Of a DNA stretch of 64,000 nucleotides, positions 48,657 to 57,681 are shown piece after piece (position 1 is the stretch's first letter; the number at the start of each line of letters is the position of its first letter). This DNA comes from Candidatus Latescibacterota bacterium (GTDB lineage: Bacteria; Latescibacterota; UBA2968; UBA8231): the NCBI GenBank assembly GCA_965248355.1, contig OZ252098.1:1984001-2048000 (forward strand), written 5' to 3'. The position numbers were made by a program, and so were the translations under genes. The notes under the pieces were generated by a model. That model ran no database searches and had not been told where the DNA came from. It saw only the letters and a program-made list of their open reading frames with translations.

Positions 48657-48800
48657 CCTGACAGTTGCGCGCCGGGCCTGGAGGTATCCCGGCCCCGGCG
48701 GGAATATCTCCGCCGGGCGCCCTCCGTGGCGGAACCGCCCCCCGCAGACTATATTTACTCCTTTTGCGGCAAGGGGTTACGGGCTCGGAGGCCCGCCGGT

Positions 48801-50147
48801 TTGTTCGAGAGACTGACAGAGCGTTTCGACGACGTCTTCCGCCAGTTGCGCGGTCAGGGCCGCATCACCGAGAAGGCCCTCGACCAGTCACTGCGCGAGA
48901 TCCGACGCGCCCTGCTCGAGGCCGACGTCAACTTCAAGGTGGCCAGGAGCTTCCTCGGGCGGGTCCGCGAACGGGCCCTCGGGCGCGAGGTCCTGCGCAG
49001 CCTGAGCCCGGGGCAGCAGGTCATCAAGGTCGTCCACGAGGAGCTCATCGCCCTCCTCGGCGGCACCGCGGCGCCCCTGGAGCTGGGGCCGCAGCCGCCG
49101 ACGGCGGTGCTCCTCGTCGGTCTGCAGGGCTGCGGCAAGACCACGGTGGCCGCCAAGCTGGCCCGTCACTTCAAGGAGCGCGGACGCCTCCCCTACCTGG
49201 TGGCGGCCGACACCTACCGGCCCGCCGCCGTCGAGCAGCTGCGCACTCTGGGGGCCGGCATCGAGGTCGGCGTCTTCGGCCCCGGCGAGGCCGGCTCCGA
49301 CGATCCCGTCGAGATCTGCCGCCTCGGAGTGGAGCAGGCGCGCCTGCGCAACCGCAGCATGGTCCTGCTCGACACCGCCGGCCGCCTGAGCATCGACGAG
49401 GAGATGATGGCCGAGCTGTCGGCCATCCGCGAGGCCGTACGGCCCCACGAGACCCTGTTCGTCGCCGACGCCATGCTCGGCCAGGACGCGGTGGAGACGG
49501 CGAGCCGCTTCCACGAGCGCATTCCCTTTCAGGGCGTGGTGTTGACCAAGATGGACTCCGACGCCCGCGGCGGCGCCGCCCTGTCGATCCGCGAGACCAC
49601 GGGCCAGCCGATCCGCTACGTCGGCACCGGGGAAACCCTCGAAGGGCTGGAGCCCTTCCATCCGGATCGCGTCGCCTCCCGCATCCTGGGGATGGGCGAC
49701 GTGCTGTCCCTGGTGGAGAAGGCGGAGCAGAGCATCGGCAGGGAGCAGGCCGCGGCCATGGAGGAGAAGCTGCGCAAGGAGTCCTTCACCTTCGAGGACT
49801 TCCAGCAGCAGTTGCGGGCGGTGCGCGACATGGGCCCGGTCGACCAGCTCCTGGGCCTGATCCCGGGTGCCGGCAAGACCCTGAAGGGAGCGAGCGTCGA
49901 CGACGGCGCCTTCAGCCAGACCGAGGCGATCATCAACTCCATGACCCTTCAGGAGCGCCGCCGTCCACAGATCCTCAACGGCAGCCGGCGGCGGCGGATC
50001 GCCCGCGGCAGCGGCACCTCGATCCAGGACGTGAACCGTCTCCTCAAGCAGTTCCACGCCATGCAGAAGATGTTGCGCCAGATGAGCCGGCCCGGACGCA
50101 AGGGACGGGGACGGATGTCCCTGCCCCTGTCCCTGCCGGGTACCTGA
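48801..50147 (+). CDS. ffh: Signal recognition particle protein Ffh
   Basis: ALLEADV, GLQGCGKTT, DTAGR, TKMD.DARGG, RILGMGD and RRRRIARGSG motifs; TTG start. Confidence 0.97.
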   Translation: MFERLTERFDDVFRQLRGQGRITEKALDQSLREIRRALLEADVNFKVARSFLGRVRERALGREVLRSLSPGQQVIKVVHEELIALLGGTAAPLELGPQPPTAVLLVGLQGCGKTTVAAKLARHFKERGRLPYLVAADTYRPAAVEQLRTLGAGIEVGVFGPGEAGSDDPVEICRLGVEQARLRNRSMVLLDTAGRLSIDEEMMAELSAIREAVRPHETLFVADAMLGQDAVETASRFHERIPFQGVVLTKMDSDARGGAALSIRETTGQPIRYVGTGETLEGLEPFHPDRVASRILGMGDVLSLVEKAEQSIGREQAAAMEEKLRKESFTFEDFQQQLRAVRDMGPVDQLLGLIPGAGKTLKGASVDDGAFSQTEAIINSMTLQERRRPQILNGSRRRRIARGSGTSIQDVNRLLKQFHAMQKMLRQMSRPGRKGRGRMSLPLSLPGT

Positions 50148-50188
50148 ACCCGCCGGATTTCCCCCACCTAGCCAGGAGCCATCGCCAC

Positions 50189-50593
50189 TTGGTCAAGCTT
50201 CGCCTCAAGCGAATGGGACGCAGGAAGCGCCCCTTCTACCGAATTGTCGCCATGACCGACAACCTGCCCGGTACCGGGCACGCCCTGCAGGAACTGGGCA
50301 CCTACGACCCCGTGCACGCGCGCTTCGAGGTCGACGAGGAGGCCGCCCTCGGCTGGCTGAACAAGGGCGCCCAGATGACGCCCACCGTCCACGATCTGCT
50401 GCGCAGCAAGGGCATCCTCGCCCGCTGGCGCGGCTTCGAGGGAGTGGAGCGCGAGGGCGCGCTGACCACCGACAAGCCCAATCGCCGCAAGAAACTCGGC
50501 GCCACGGCGGCCATCCCGGTGGAGAAAGAGGACGTCCCGGAGGGGTCGCCAGAGGCCGTGACGGATGAGGGCGAGGGGTCCGGGGAGGGATAG
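50189..50593 (+). CDS. rpsP: 30S ribosomal protein S16 with C-terminal extension
   Basis: VKLRLKRMG...PFYRIV, LGTYDP and WL.KGAQ.T.TV motifs; TTG start with AGGAG SD. Confidence 0.95.
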   Translation: MVKLRLKRMGRRKRPFYRIVAMTDNLPGTGHALQELGTYDPVHARFEVDEEAALGWLNKGAQMTPTVHDLLRSKGILARWRGFEGVEREGALTTDKPNRRKKLGATAAIPVEKEDVPEGSPEAVTDEGEGSGEG

Positions 50594-51134
50594 GGCCACG
50601 GACGGATCGGAGCCCGGCCGTGTCGCCGTCGGCTTCGCGGGGCGCGCCAAGGGGGTGCGCGGCGAGGTCGTCGTGGAACCCCTCACCTGGAACCCGGACC
50701 GGTTCGACGGGCTGCGCACCGTGCGGCTCGAGCGCAAGGGACAGGCGGACCTCGAGTTGCGCATCGAGAGGTGGCGCCCGGACCGCGGGGGGTTGCTGAT
50801 GAAGTTCGCCGGCGTCGACACCCCCGAGCAGGTGCGGGACGGCATCACGGGCGGATACCTGACGATTCCCAGGGATCGGGTCGCCCCGCCTCCCGATGGC
50901 CGCTACTTCGTCTTCGACGTGGTCGGCTGCCGGGTCTGGGATGACCTCGGCCGTCGTCTCGGCGAGGTGACCGAGGTGCTGCAGATGCCGGCCAGCGATG
51001 TCTTCGCGGTCCGGCTCGAGGACGGAGGCCAGTTCCTGCTGCCGGCGGTCCGCGATTTCGTGACCCGCATCGACGTGGACCACCGGCGGATCGAGGTTCA
51101 GGGCGTCGAGGAGCTGCTGGCGCCGGGAGGATGA
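50565..51134 (+). CDS. rimM: 16S rRNA processing protein RimM (start uncertain)
   Basis: GVRGEV, YF.FD.VGC.V, LGEV.EV and LLPAV..FV..ID motifs; synteny. Confidence 0.9.
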   Translation: MRARGPGRDRATDGSEPGRVAVGFAGRAKGVRGEVVVEPLTWNPDRFDGLRTVRLERKGQADLELRIERWRPDRGGLLMKFAGVDTPEQVRDGITGGYLTIPRDRVAPPPDGRYFVFDVVGCRVWDDLGRRLGEVTEVLQMPASDVFAVRLEDGGQFLLPAVRDFVTRIDVDHRRIEVQGVEELLAPGG

Positions 51135-51135
51135 G

Positions 51136-51909
51136 GTGAGGATCGACGTGGTGACCCTGTTTCCGGGGTTCTTCACCCAGCCCCTGGAAACCAGCATCCT
51201 GGGACGGGCGGTGGCCGGCGGACACCTGGAGGTCGCCGTGCACGACCTGCGGTCCTGGGCCACCGGCCGTCACCGCACCGTGGACGACGCGCCTTTCGGC
51301 GGAGGCGGCGGCATGCTGATCAAGCCCGAGCCCGTGGCCGCCTGCTGGGAGGACCTGCAGCTGGACCGCGGCCTGAGCATCTACCTCACCGCCGACGGCG
51401 AGCCCCTCGACCAGCAGCTGGCGGCGGAGCTGTCCCTGGAGCAGCACCTGGTGCTGCTCTGCGGCCACTACAAGGGGGTGGACGAACGCCTGCGCCAGCG
51501 CTTCATCGACCGCGAGCTGTCGATCGGCGACTACGTGCTCACCGGCGGGGAGCCGGCGGCCCTCGTGGTGATCGATGCCGTGACCCGGTTGCTGCCCGGT
51601 GTCCTCGGCGACTTCAGCTCGGCCATGGCCGACTCGTTCCACGACGGGCTGCTCGACTGTCCGTGGTACACGAGGCCCGCCGAGTTCGACGGCCAGCGCG
51701 TGCCCGAGGAGCTTCTCCGCGGGGACCACGGGCAGGTCGAGGCCTGGCGCCGCCGGCAGGCGCTTCGCCGCACCTTCGAGCGCCGCCCGGACCTGCTGCC
51801 GGCCGCGGACCTGGACGAGAGGGAGCTGCGGCTGGTCGAGGACTGGTCGAAAGAGCGAGAGGCCGGCAACGGCCGGCCCGAATCAACACTGGACAGAGAA
51901 AGGGTCTGA
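51136..51909 (+). CDS. trmD: tRNA (guanine37-N1)-methyltransferase
   Basis: TLFP, VDD.PFGGG.GM, CGHYKGVDER, SIGDYVLTGGE and YTRP motifs. Confidence 0.97.
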   Translation: MRIDVVTLFPGFFTQPLETSILGRAVAGGHLEVAVHDLRSWATGRHRTVDDAPFGGGGGMLIKPEPVAACWEDLQLDRGLSIYLTADGEPLDQQLAAELSLEQHLVLLCGHYKGVDERLRQRFIDRELSIGDYVLTGGEPAALVVIDAVTRLLPGVLGDFSSAMADSFHDGLLDCPWYTRPAEFDGQRVPEELLRGDHGQVEAWRRRQALRRTFERRPDLLPAADLDERELRLVEDWSKEREAGNGRPESTLDRERV

Positions 51910-52257
51910 ATGGACACTGGTATCCTGCGGGAGATCACCGCCGATCAGCTGCGCACCGATCTGCCGGAATTCCTGGCCGGGGACTCGCTGCGCATCCACG
52001 TGCGAGTCATCGAGGGAGAGAAGGAGCGCATCCAGGTCTTCGAGGGGGACGTCATCCAACGCAAGGGCAGCGGCATCCACGAGACCTTCACCGTGCGCAA
52101 GGTGAGCCAGGGCGTGGCCGTGGAGCGGATCTTTCCCCTCCACTCACCGCGCATCCTGAGGATCGAGCGCCTGCGGCGGGGCCGGGTGCGCCGGGCGCGC
52201 CTGTTCTACCTGCGCAACCGCAAGGGGCGCTCGGCCCGCATCCGGGAGAAGCGGTGA
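51910..52257 (+). CDS. rplS: 50S ribosomal protein L19
   Basis: [27 protein letters not shown] and [10 protein letters not shown] motifs. Confidence 0.97.
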   Translation: MDTGILREITADQLRTDLPEFLAGDSLRIHVRVIEGEKERIQVFEGDVIQRKGSGIHETFTVRKVSQGVAVERIFPLHSPRILRIERLRRGRVRRARLFYLRNRKGRSARIREKR

Positions 52258-52526
52258 AGGAGAGCCCGGTGTCCACCCCGCCCGCCCTGCCCTTCACCCG
52301 CAAGAACTGGATCCTCTTTCTCGTGGGGCTGGGCACCATCGCCCTCGGCTACGTGCTGCTCCGGATCCCGCCGGTCGACGGACCCCTGTCCCTCACCGTG
52401 GCCCCCCTCCTGCTGGTCGCCGGCTACTGTGTGATCCTGCCGGCGGCGATCCTGGTCAGGGACCGCGGTCCCGGCCGGGAGAACGCGGATGGGGAGGCCG
52501 CCGAGGCCGGGGAGCCGCGCCCATGA
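52254..52526 (+). CDS. DUF3098-like small membrane protein
   Basis: [11 protein letters not shown]...I.LGY.L and [10 protein letters not shown] motifs. Confidence 0.7.
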   Translation: MKESPVSTPPALPFTRKNWILFLVGLGTIALGYVLLRIPPVDGPLSLTVAPLLLVAGYCVILPAAILVRDRGPGRENADGEAAEAGEPRP

Positions 52527-53347
52527 CCGCAACCGCCCTCCCCCACCCGGCCGACCTCTACAGCGGCGACCGCGTCGCCCGTCCGGTGGAGAGCCTGGAA
52601 TCCGTCGGCGGCGCCGGGCGTTCCTTCTTCCACGACCACGGATACCTGGCCATTCGCCGGGCCGTCTCCCGGGAGCGGGTCCGGGCGGCGTCGGCCGCGG
52701 TGGACGACCTGATCGACGGGGTCGATCCCGGATTCCGCGGCGTCCAGTTCGAGGCCGGCGGCGGCCGGCAACTGCCGCCGCGGCAGCGCCGGCGGCGGGT
52801 GCGCAAGCTGATGAGCTTCGTCGACTACCATCCGGCGCTGAAGGAGTTGAGCGAGGACCCGGCCCTTCTGAGCCTGGTCAGCGGCCTCATGGATGGCGAG
52901 ACACCGCAGATGTTCCAGGACATGGCCCTGCTCAAGCCTCCGGGGGGCCGGGAGAAACCCTGGCACCAGGACATGGCCTACTTCAACCTGCCGCTGCACA
53001 CCCCCGTCGTCGGTCTCTGGATCGCCCTCGACGAGGCGACCGTGGCCAACGGCGCCCTGCACGTCATCCCCGGCTCGCACCGCGAGGGTCCGAGCGATCA
53101 CTTCAACCGGCGCGACTGGCAGATCTGCGACACCGACGTGGCCACCGGCCGGGATCTGGTCGTGCCTCTGCCCCCGGGGGGCGCCCTCCTGTGGCACGGC
53201 CTGACCCACCACGGCAGTCCCGTCAACCACTCCCGCCGCCGCCGCCGGGCGTTGCAGTTCCACTACCGCCCCGCCTCGGCCGAAGAGACCACCGCCAAAG
53301 AGCGCATGCATGTCTTCGGCGGCGAGGTGCGCGGCGCCGAGTGCTGA
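52523..53347 (+). CDS. Phytanoyl-CoA dioxygenase family protein
   Basis: LLKPP, PWHQD, WIALD.AT..NGAL.VIPGSH and HHGS..N.S...RRA motifs. Confidence 0.92.
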   Translation: MTATALPHPADLYSGDRVARPVESLESVGGAGRSFFHDHGYLAIRRAVSRERVRAASAAVDDLIDGVDPGFRGVQFEAGGGRQLPPRQRRRRVRKLMSFVDYHPALKELSEDPALLSLVSGLMDGETPQMFQDMALLKPPGGREKPWHQDMAYFNLPLHTPVVGLWIALDEATVANGALHVIPGSHREGPSDHFNRRDWQICDTDVATGRDLVVPLPPGGALLWHGLTHHGSPVNHSRRRRRALQFHYRPASAEETTAKERMHVFGGEVRGAEC

Positions 53348-53414
53348 GCGGCAGCCTGGGGCGTACGGTGGCCTTCCTCGAGCGGCTCCCGGCGCCGCCG
53401 TCGGCGCGCCGAAC

Positions 53415-54920
53415 TCAGTCGCCGCCCGGACCGGCCGCAGCGGCTTCGGAGGTGGTCAGCAGGTCGAGCTGGTTCTCGGCCGCGGCGTCGGTCGACTCGC
53501 AGCCGGCGAAGGGGTGGCCGCCGCCGATGCAGTAGGTGCACAACTGCCCGGACCCGATGCCGAGGTGCTCGAAGGCCCGCATCATTCCCCGGGTGGAGAT
53601 GTAGACCACCGGCAGGCCCATCTTCTCGCTGATCTCCCGGGGCCCCCGTCCGCGGGCGATGAACTCCTCGCCCGCCGGAGGCGTGGGCGGCATGTCCACG
53701 CCGAACATGCAACCCCGCGGCACGCCGTCGCCGGGGATGATGCCGATGGGCGGGGTGTACGACGCCACATAGGCCTTCTTCACGCCCAGGTCGTCGTAGA
53801 GCAGGTTGCGGGCGCGGAGCAGGTTGTTGCCCCGCACGATGCTGTCGTCGATCAGCAGCACCGTCCGGCCCGACAGCCGCGGACCCAGCCCGGGCAGCAG
53901 ATGCAGGTTGTCATCGATCGACTGCTTGCGGTCCCGGGCGGTCGATCCCTGGAAGGCCCGCTCGCCGCGCATCTTGTAGAACACGGGCATGAAGGGCAGG
54001 CCGCGGATCTGGGCGTACGAGCGCGCCGCCACCTCCGGGCACCGCGGCAGGAAGGTGACCACGTCCACGTCGGACGGGCTGAACTCCTCCGCCAGGATCT
54101 GCCCCAGTCTCTCGCGGACCTGGCGGGCGGCGACGTGATTGATGATGGAGTCCACGTCGGAGATGTAGTTCCACTCGAAGAAGCAATGACTCGGCCGCGG
54201 ATCGACGAGGCTCTCCTTGGAGTACTCGCCCTCCGGCGTCAGGTAGTAGACCGACCCCGGGGCGAGATCCTCGATGTACTCGCCGCCGTTCTTCCGGAAG
54301 GCGATGTCCTCGGAGGCCACGCCGTACTTGCCGTCCTTCCAGCCGAGCACTCCCGGCTTGATCCCCGTGCGGTCGCGCAGCACGATCACGTCCCGCTTGC
54401 GCCAGTCGGCGATGGCCATCGTGTAGGCCCCCGGCACGCGGCGCAGAAAGGCCTGCTCGCCGTCGCGGCGGTAGAGGTAGAGGAGGGCCTCCGTGTCGCA
54501 GGTCGACTTCACCCGGGAGAGGTCGATACCGTCCAGGTAGCCGAAGTCTACCTGGCCGTTGTGGACGGCGGCCATCTGGCAGTCGCGGAACAGGATGTGG
54601 TTGCCGCGGTTCTCGACCTGCCCCCCGAGCACGTGCGGGTGGGCGTCGTCGAGGATCTCTTCCTTGCGGCCCTGGGTGGCGTAGCGCACGTGGGCCATGT
54701 AGGTGTGGTAGCTGGGGCTGGGGAAGATCTTGTGCAGGTCGGTGACGTCGAAGCGGTCCACGCCCCCGGCCCACTTGATGACGTCGATGCGGCCTTCGCC
54801 CACGGCGGCGATACCGGCCCCCTCGCGGCCCCGGTGCTGCAGGGATCGGATGAAGGAGTAGGCGTCGTGGAGGGTGTGGGCGACGCAGAATCCGCAGTTG
54901 TGGCGGATGGCGTCTTCCAT
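53415..54920 (-). CDS. purF: Amidophosphoribosyltransferase (divergent PurF)
   Basis: Short propeptide then CG, LQHRG, HVRYAT, HNG, DTE, CFFE..Y, IDDSIVRG, C.FGVDM and CTYC motifs. Confidence 0.82.
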   Translation of the reverse strand: MEDAIRHNCGFCVAHTLHDAYSFIRSLQHRGREGAGIAAVGEGRIDVIKWAGGVDRFDVTDLHKIFPSPSYHTYMAHVRYATQGRKEEILDDAHPHVLGGQVENRGNHILFRDCQMAAVHNGQVDFGYLDGIDLSRVKSTCDTEALLYLYRRDGEQAFLRRVPGAYTMAIADWRKRDVIVLRDRTGIKPGVLGWKDGKYGVASEDIAFRKNGGEYIEDLAPGSVYYLTPEGEYSKESLVDPRPSHCFFEWNYISDVDSIINHVAARQVRERLGQILAEEFSPSDVDVVTFLPRCPEVAARSYAQIRGLPFMPVFYKMRGERAFQGSTARDRKQSIDDNLHLLPGLGPRLSGRTVLLIDDSIVRGNNLLRARNLLYDDLGVKKAYVASYTPPIGIIPGDGVPRGCMFGVDMPPTPPAGEEFIARGRGPREISEKMGLPVVYISTRGMMRAFEHLGIGSGQLCTYCIGGGHPFAGCESTDAAAENQLDLLTTSEAAAAGPGGD

Positions 54921-55033
54921 CGAGCTAGCGCACCGGCCCGGATGCGCGGCTCAGGCCCGGGCCGCCGTACCTGTCAGCTGTCGTCATCAAGTCTCCACCC
55001 CTCGTCACGGTTCGCCGCCGAGAATATATGGCT

Positions 55034-55867
55034 TCATGGCCACCGGGTCTCGAAGGCGTCCCCGCCCTGCCCGTGGACCAGGTCCCCGTAGGCGCGCCAT
55101 CCGGCGATTTCCGCCTCGGTGGCCGCAGGGGCCCGAAGGGCGGCGAGGTTGGCCCGCAGATCGGCCACGGGGCCCGTCGACGTGAGCGCCACCTGAACGG
55201 CGTCGTGCTCCAGGGCGAAGCGGTAGCAGTCGGCGGCCGAGGGAACGGGTCCGGACCACCGGGGGTGGCCGGCCAGCAGCCCGCCCCAGCGCGTGCAGGT
55301 GAAGGCGACGACGGGGATGCGCCGCGCCAGGGCCGCGGGCAGCACGGCTTCCTCCGCCCCCCGGTGGGCCATGTTGTAGCGGTGCATGAGCACGTCGATG
55401 CGGCCGCTCTCGAGGAGGCGCCGCGCCAGGGGCCGGTTGTGCGCGGTGCCGCCTACGTAGCGGATGCGGCCCTCCGCCTTCCACCTGTGCAGCAGGCCGA
55501 CGACGCCGTCGTCGGCGAGCAGCCGGTCCAGGTCGTCTCCGGGATGGACGTACTCGGCGAAGAACAGGTCGACGGGATCCGCCGACAGACGCCCCTCCAC
55601 CTCTGAAAGATAGTCCTCCACCTCCGCGGGGTCCCGGCTCTCGGAGCCGGTGGCCCGGAAGACGTCCTTCCTGCGGCCGAGGGGTGCCAGGCCGTCCACC
55701 AGGCCGGTGAAGCCGAGGTTGTAGAAGAAGAACAGGTTGACCCCGGCCTCGAGGGCGGCCGGCACACAGCGAGGGTCCGTGCTCGGGTGGCCCGCCAGTC
55801 CAAGGCGGGAAGCGGGGCTGCCGTCCTCGCAGCGCAGGGGCCGGGCCGTCCCGGCGGGCGCCGTCAG
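55034..55867 (-). CDS. Aldo/keto reductase family protein (start uncertain; first standard start is GTG 55765)
   Basis: SRLGLAG in frame upstream of 55765, ALEAGVN.F, K.EGRIRYVG...H, RYN.AHR and CYRFAL motifs. Confidence 0.8.
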   Translation of the reverse strand: MTAPAGTARPLRCEDGSPASRLGLAGHPSTDPRCVPAALEAGVNLFFFYNLGFTGLVDGLAPLGRRKDVFRATGSESRDPAEVEDYLSEVEGRLSADPVDLFFAEYVHPGDDLDRLLADDGVVGLLHRWKAEGRIRYVGGTAHNRPLARRLLESGRIDVLMHRYNMAHRGAEEAVLPAALARRIPVVAFTCTRWGGLLAGHPRWSGPVPSAADCYRFALEHDAVQVALTSTGPVADLRANLAALRAPAATEAEIAGWRAYGDLVHGQGGDAFETRWP

Positions 55868-55892
55868 GGCTCCGCCACCCGGGCAAGGGTCG

Positions 55893-56231
55893 TCAGATCG
55901 CCGATTCGCCGGTCTCCCCGGTGCGGATGCGGACCACCTCGTCGACGGAGAGCACGAAGATCTTGCCGTCGCCGATGTGTCCCGTGCTGGCCGCTTCCTT
56001 CACCGCGTCCATGGACCGCTGGGCGATCGAGTCGGCGACGACCACGTCGATCTGCAGTTTGGGCGTGAAGTCGATGTTGTACTCGGAGCCGCGGTAGATC
56101 TCCTTGTGGCCCTTCTGCCGCCCGAATCCCTTCACCTCGCTCACCGTCATGCCCATCACGCCCAGATCGCTCAGGGCTTCCTTGACCCTCTCGAGCGCGT
56201 TGGGCCGAACGATGCATTTCAGCAGCTTCAT
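55893..56231 (-). CDS. glnK: Nitrogen regulatory protein P-II
   Basis: GMTVSEVKGFGRQKGH.EIYRG.EY and TG.IGDGKIF motifs; adjacent to amtB. Confidence 0.93.
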   Translation of the reverse strand: MKLLKCIVRPNALERVKEALSDLGVMGMTVSEVKGFGRQKGHKEIYRGSEYNIDFTPKLQIDVVVADSIAQRSMDAVKEAASTGHIGDGKIFVLSVDEVVRIRTGETGESAI

Positions 56232-56271
56232 GGCCTCCCTCCCTCCTTCCGGCGGTAAGACGGTGAACCCT

Positions 56272-57645
56272 TCAGACCTCCGAATAGTAGCCCTGCTCGT
56301 TGTGCAGGGAGATGTCCAGACCGCGGTCCTCCTCTTCCTCCTCGACGCGCAGGCCGATGACGGCATCGATGGCCTTGAGGATGACGAAGGACAGAACGGC
56401 GCAGTAGATGGTGGTGACGAGCACGCCCACGATCTGCGCCCATACCTGGCTGCCCATGGTGTGGGTCAGGCCGGCGGCGGTGCGGCCGAAGCCCTGGCCT
56501 CCGAGGGACTCGGCGGCGAAGACGCCCGTGAGAACGGCGCCGGCCATGCCGCCGATGCCGTGCACGCCGAAGACGTCGAGGGAGTCGTCGTAGCCGAGCC
56601 GCTGCTTCAGGCTGGTGGCGCCCCAGAAACACAGCACCCCGGCGGCGGCGCCGATGGCGATGGCGCCCAGGGGGCCGACGCTGCCCGAGGCCGGTGTGAT
56701 GGCCACCATGCCTCCCACCGCCCCGGTGACGATGCCGAGCACGCTCGCCTTGCCGTGCTTGATCCACTCCACCACCATCCACGCAACGGCGGCCGTGGCC
56801 GTGGCCACCTGGGTGACGAGCATGGCCATGCCCGCCACGCCGTCGGCGGCCAGGGCCGAACCGGCGTTGAAGCCGAACCAGCCGACCCACAGCATGGAGG
56901 CGCCGATAACGGTGATCACCAGGCTGTGGGGTGGGATGAGGGTGTCCGGATGGCCGCGCCGCCTGCCGATGACCACTGCGGCCACCAGAGCGGCGACGCC
57001 GGCGTTGATGTGGACCACGGTGCCGCCGGCGAAGTCGATGATGCCCCGGTCCCAGAAGAAGGCCCCGTCGCCGCTCCAGGTCATGTGGCAGATCGGCGCG
57101 TAGACCACGGTCGACCAGACCGCCATGAACAGCAGCATGGCCGAGAACTTCATGCGCTCGGCGAAGGCGCCGACGATCAGGGCCGGAGTGATGATGGCGA
57201 AGGTCAGCTGAAAGGTGACGAAGACCGTCTCGGGCACCGTGCCGGTGAGGGAGTCGATGCCGACGCCGCGCAGGAAGGCCTTGTCGAGGCCGCCCAGGAA
57301 GGAGGCGGCGTTGATGACCCCGGCCTCCATCCCCGAGGTGTCGAAGGCCAGGCTGTAGCCCCAGACCACCCAGATCAGGGTCACCACCGCGGCCAGCGTG
57401 AAGCACTGCATCAGCACCGAGAGCACGTTCTTCGTGCGCACCAGGCCGCCGTAGAACAGGGCCAGTCCGGGGATCGTCATGGAAAGCACGAGGGCCGTGG
57501 AGGTCAGCATCCAGGCCGTGTCTCCGGAGTCGAGGCCGTCCGCCCGGGCCGCCGCGGGGACCAGGAGCCAGGCGAGCGCGGCGCTCCAGAGGACCACCTG
57601 GCGGCGGCCTCGATGCCCGGCCTGCGATGAGGGATTTCCTGCCAT
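56272..57645 (-). CDS. amtB: Ammonium transporter
   Basis: GDTAWML, PGLALFYGG, FQLTFAIIT, DFAGGTVVH, GWFGFNAGS and DDSLDVFGVHG motifs. Confidence 0.97.
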   Translation of the reverse strand: MAGNPSSQAGHRGRRQVVLWSAALAWLLVPAAARADGLDSGDTAWMLTSTALVLSMTIPGLALFYGGLVRTKNVLSVLMQCFTLAAVVTLIWVVWGYSLAFDTSGMEAGVINAASFLGGLDKAFLRGVGIDSLTGTVPETVFVTFQLTFAIITPALIVGAFAERMKFSAMLLFMAVWSTVVYAPICHMTWSGDGAFFWDRGIIDFAGGTVVHINAGVAALVAAVVIGRRRGHPDTLIPPHSLVITVIGASMLWVGWFGFNAGSALAADGVAGMAMLVTQVATATAAVAWMVVEWIKHGKASVLGIVTGAVGGMVAITPASGSVGPLGAIAIGAAAGVLCFWGATSLKQRLGYDDSLDVFGVHGIGGMAGAVLTGVFAAESLGGQGFGRTAAGLTHTMGSQVWAQIVGVLVTTIYCAVLSFVILKAIDAVIGLRVEEEEEDRGLDISLHNEQGYYSEV

Positions 57646-57681
57646 GGTGCCCTTTCCGTTGGGTGCGATGGTGATTGTTCC

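Noticed and set aside
54921..55033. Possible ZTP or purine riboswitch upstream of purF
   Set aside because: Only scattered resemblance; the core paired elements could not be built by eye. An Rfam scan is needed
57646..57681. Sigma54/NtrC-type promoter for amtB-glnK
   Set aside because: The 36-nt gap has no TGGCAC-N5-TTGC pattern
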